DNA of 35,072 nt, taken from a virus. Taxonomy: Duplodnaviria > Caudoviricetes. Below are positions 34,289 to 35,072 of this stretch, one piece after another. The notes under the pieces are model-generated. The model saw only the letters and a list, made by a program, of their open reading frames with translations, searched no databases and had not been told where the DNA came from. The DNA lies in the IMG/VR virus record IMGVR_UViG_3300005512_000142, positions 1 through 35,072 of that record. One strand, given 5' to 3'. Both the position numbers and the translations under genes were made by a program. Positions within the stretch are counted from its first letter, which is position 1. Each line of letters opens with the position of its first letter.

Positions 34289-34688
34289 TCACAACAGCAT
34301 ATGCTGGTTGCACTATAGCAGAGTCTGCTGCAGAAAACAAGGGTTGGACCAGTTTGATTGCTTGTGGGTTGGAAACGATCACGACTGCTCCCAATGCTCC
34401 GATAGCAGTCCAAAGTTTCCGTTCCAATAGTGAAAGTCGTTTACTAACACGGTCATGATCGAGGTCCATTTTATCACGTAGTTTGTCGATTTTATCAAAC
34501 AAAACTGCGTCGATGCCTTCTTGTTTTGAGATTCTTTCTTCATGGACGGCAAGCATCCTACTCACATTATTATTTACCTCTGTGATTTTTTCTATAGCAC
34601 GATCTAGTCGATTGAAGACTTGCTCAAAAGTCTCAACCTTTGATTCTAGAACTGCAATATTTGAATCTTTGTAATCAGAGTTTTCCAT
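34275..34688 (-). CDS. Coiled-coil protein with C-terminal hydrophobic segment
   Basis: AVLESK...MLAVHEERI...LERKLWTAIGALGAVVIV. Confidence 0.8.
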   Translation of the reverse strand: MENSDYKDSNIAVLESKVETFEQVFNRLDRAIEKITEVNNNVSRMLAVHEERISKQEGIDAVLFDKIDKLRDKMDLDHDRVSKRLSLLERKLWTAIGALGAVVIVSNPQAIKLVQPLFSAADSAIVQPAYAVVNGLR

Positions 34689-34878
34689 TTTTCAGATGTG
34701 CAAGCCAGGTCTTCCTACTACCATGACCACCGTAGATATATTTCTTCTTTTTCTTGACTGGAGGATCGTCACCAGCTTCCGTCGTTCCTGCTATCTGACC
34801 ACCAGAAACATTGTTTACAGGAACTTCCTCATGAAGTTTCCTGATCATATTGATTATCTTGTCAATCTTCTTGGTCAT
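34675..34878 (-). CDS. Small basic hypothetical protein
   Basis: 67-aa ORF in the primase operon. Confidence 0.75.
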   Translation of the reverse strand: MTKKIDKIINMIRKLHEEVPVNNVSGGQIAGTTEAGDDPPVKKKKKYIYGGHGSRKTWLAHLKNGKL

Positions 34879-35071
34879 TTTTGCAAAGGTTGTTTAGTTC
34901 TATCATGCAGTCCAAGTCAACCTGAACATCATGAATATAACAACGTGGAGTATCGGGAAGTTTATTTAAAAAAAGAACGAAGGTCTTCATAACAGACCAA
35001 AGTTCTCTTTCAATTTTATAAAACAACATAGGTGTTGTAGCATCACCAAATGTATTATATAAAATGATAAA
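34862..35071 (-). CDS. 3' part of a conserved T4-like hypothetical protein (61.1-like), truncated by the window edge
   Basis: FIILYNTFGDATTPMLFYKIERELWSVMKTFVLFLNKLP...; open to the edge. Confidence 0.7.
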   Translation of the reverse strand, partial: FIILYNTFGDATTPMLFYKIERELWSVMKTFVLFLNKLPDTPRCYIHDVQVDLDCMIELNNLCKNDQED

Positions 35072-35072
35072 G

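Overview
A 35-kb segment of a T4-like marine cyanophage (cyanomyovirus, probably infecting Synechococcus), almost entirely encoded on the minus strand. In order of coordinates it holds: psbA interrupted by two closely related group I introns, the second carrying an HNH endonuclease and running off the window edge; a structured psbA leader; a plus-strand three-gene cassette of secreted proteins that converges on several membrane proteins; a thermonuclease-like gene; two hli genes; a Pho-box-led operon of a small beta-barrel gene and pstS; a second beta-barrel paralogue; a 13.6-kb island of nucleotide-sugar and glycosyltransferase genes (heptose activation, GDP-fucose, GDP-mannose 3,5-epimerase-like, two GT11) led by a UGGYG repeat RNA array; a tRNA region (Ile-UAU with an extra arm, Pro, Ser, Val, Thr, Arg, an internally deleted Asn-like remnant, a structured ncRNA and a free-standing HNH gene); then a lysozyme-like gene, a GIY-YIG gene, nrdB, nrdA and the primase. 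All calls come from reading the sequence and from recalled family motifs; no searches or folding programs were run.
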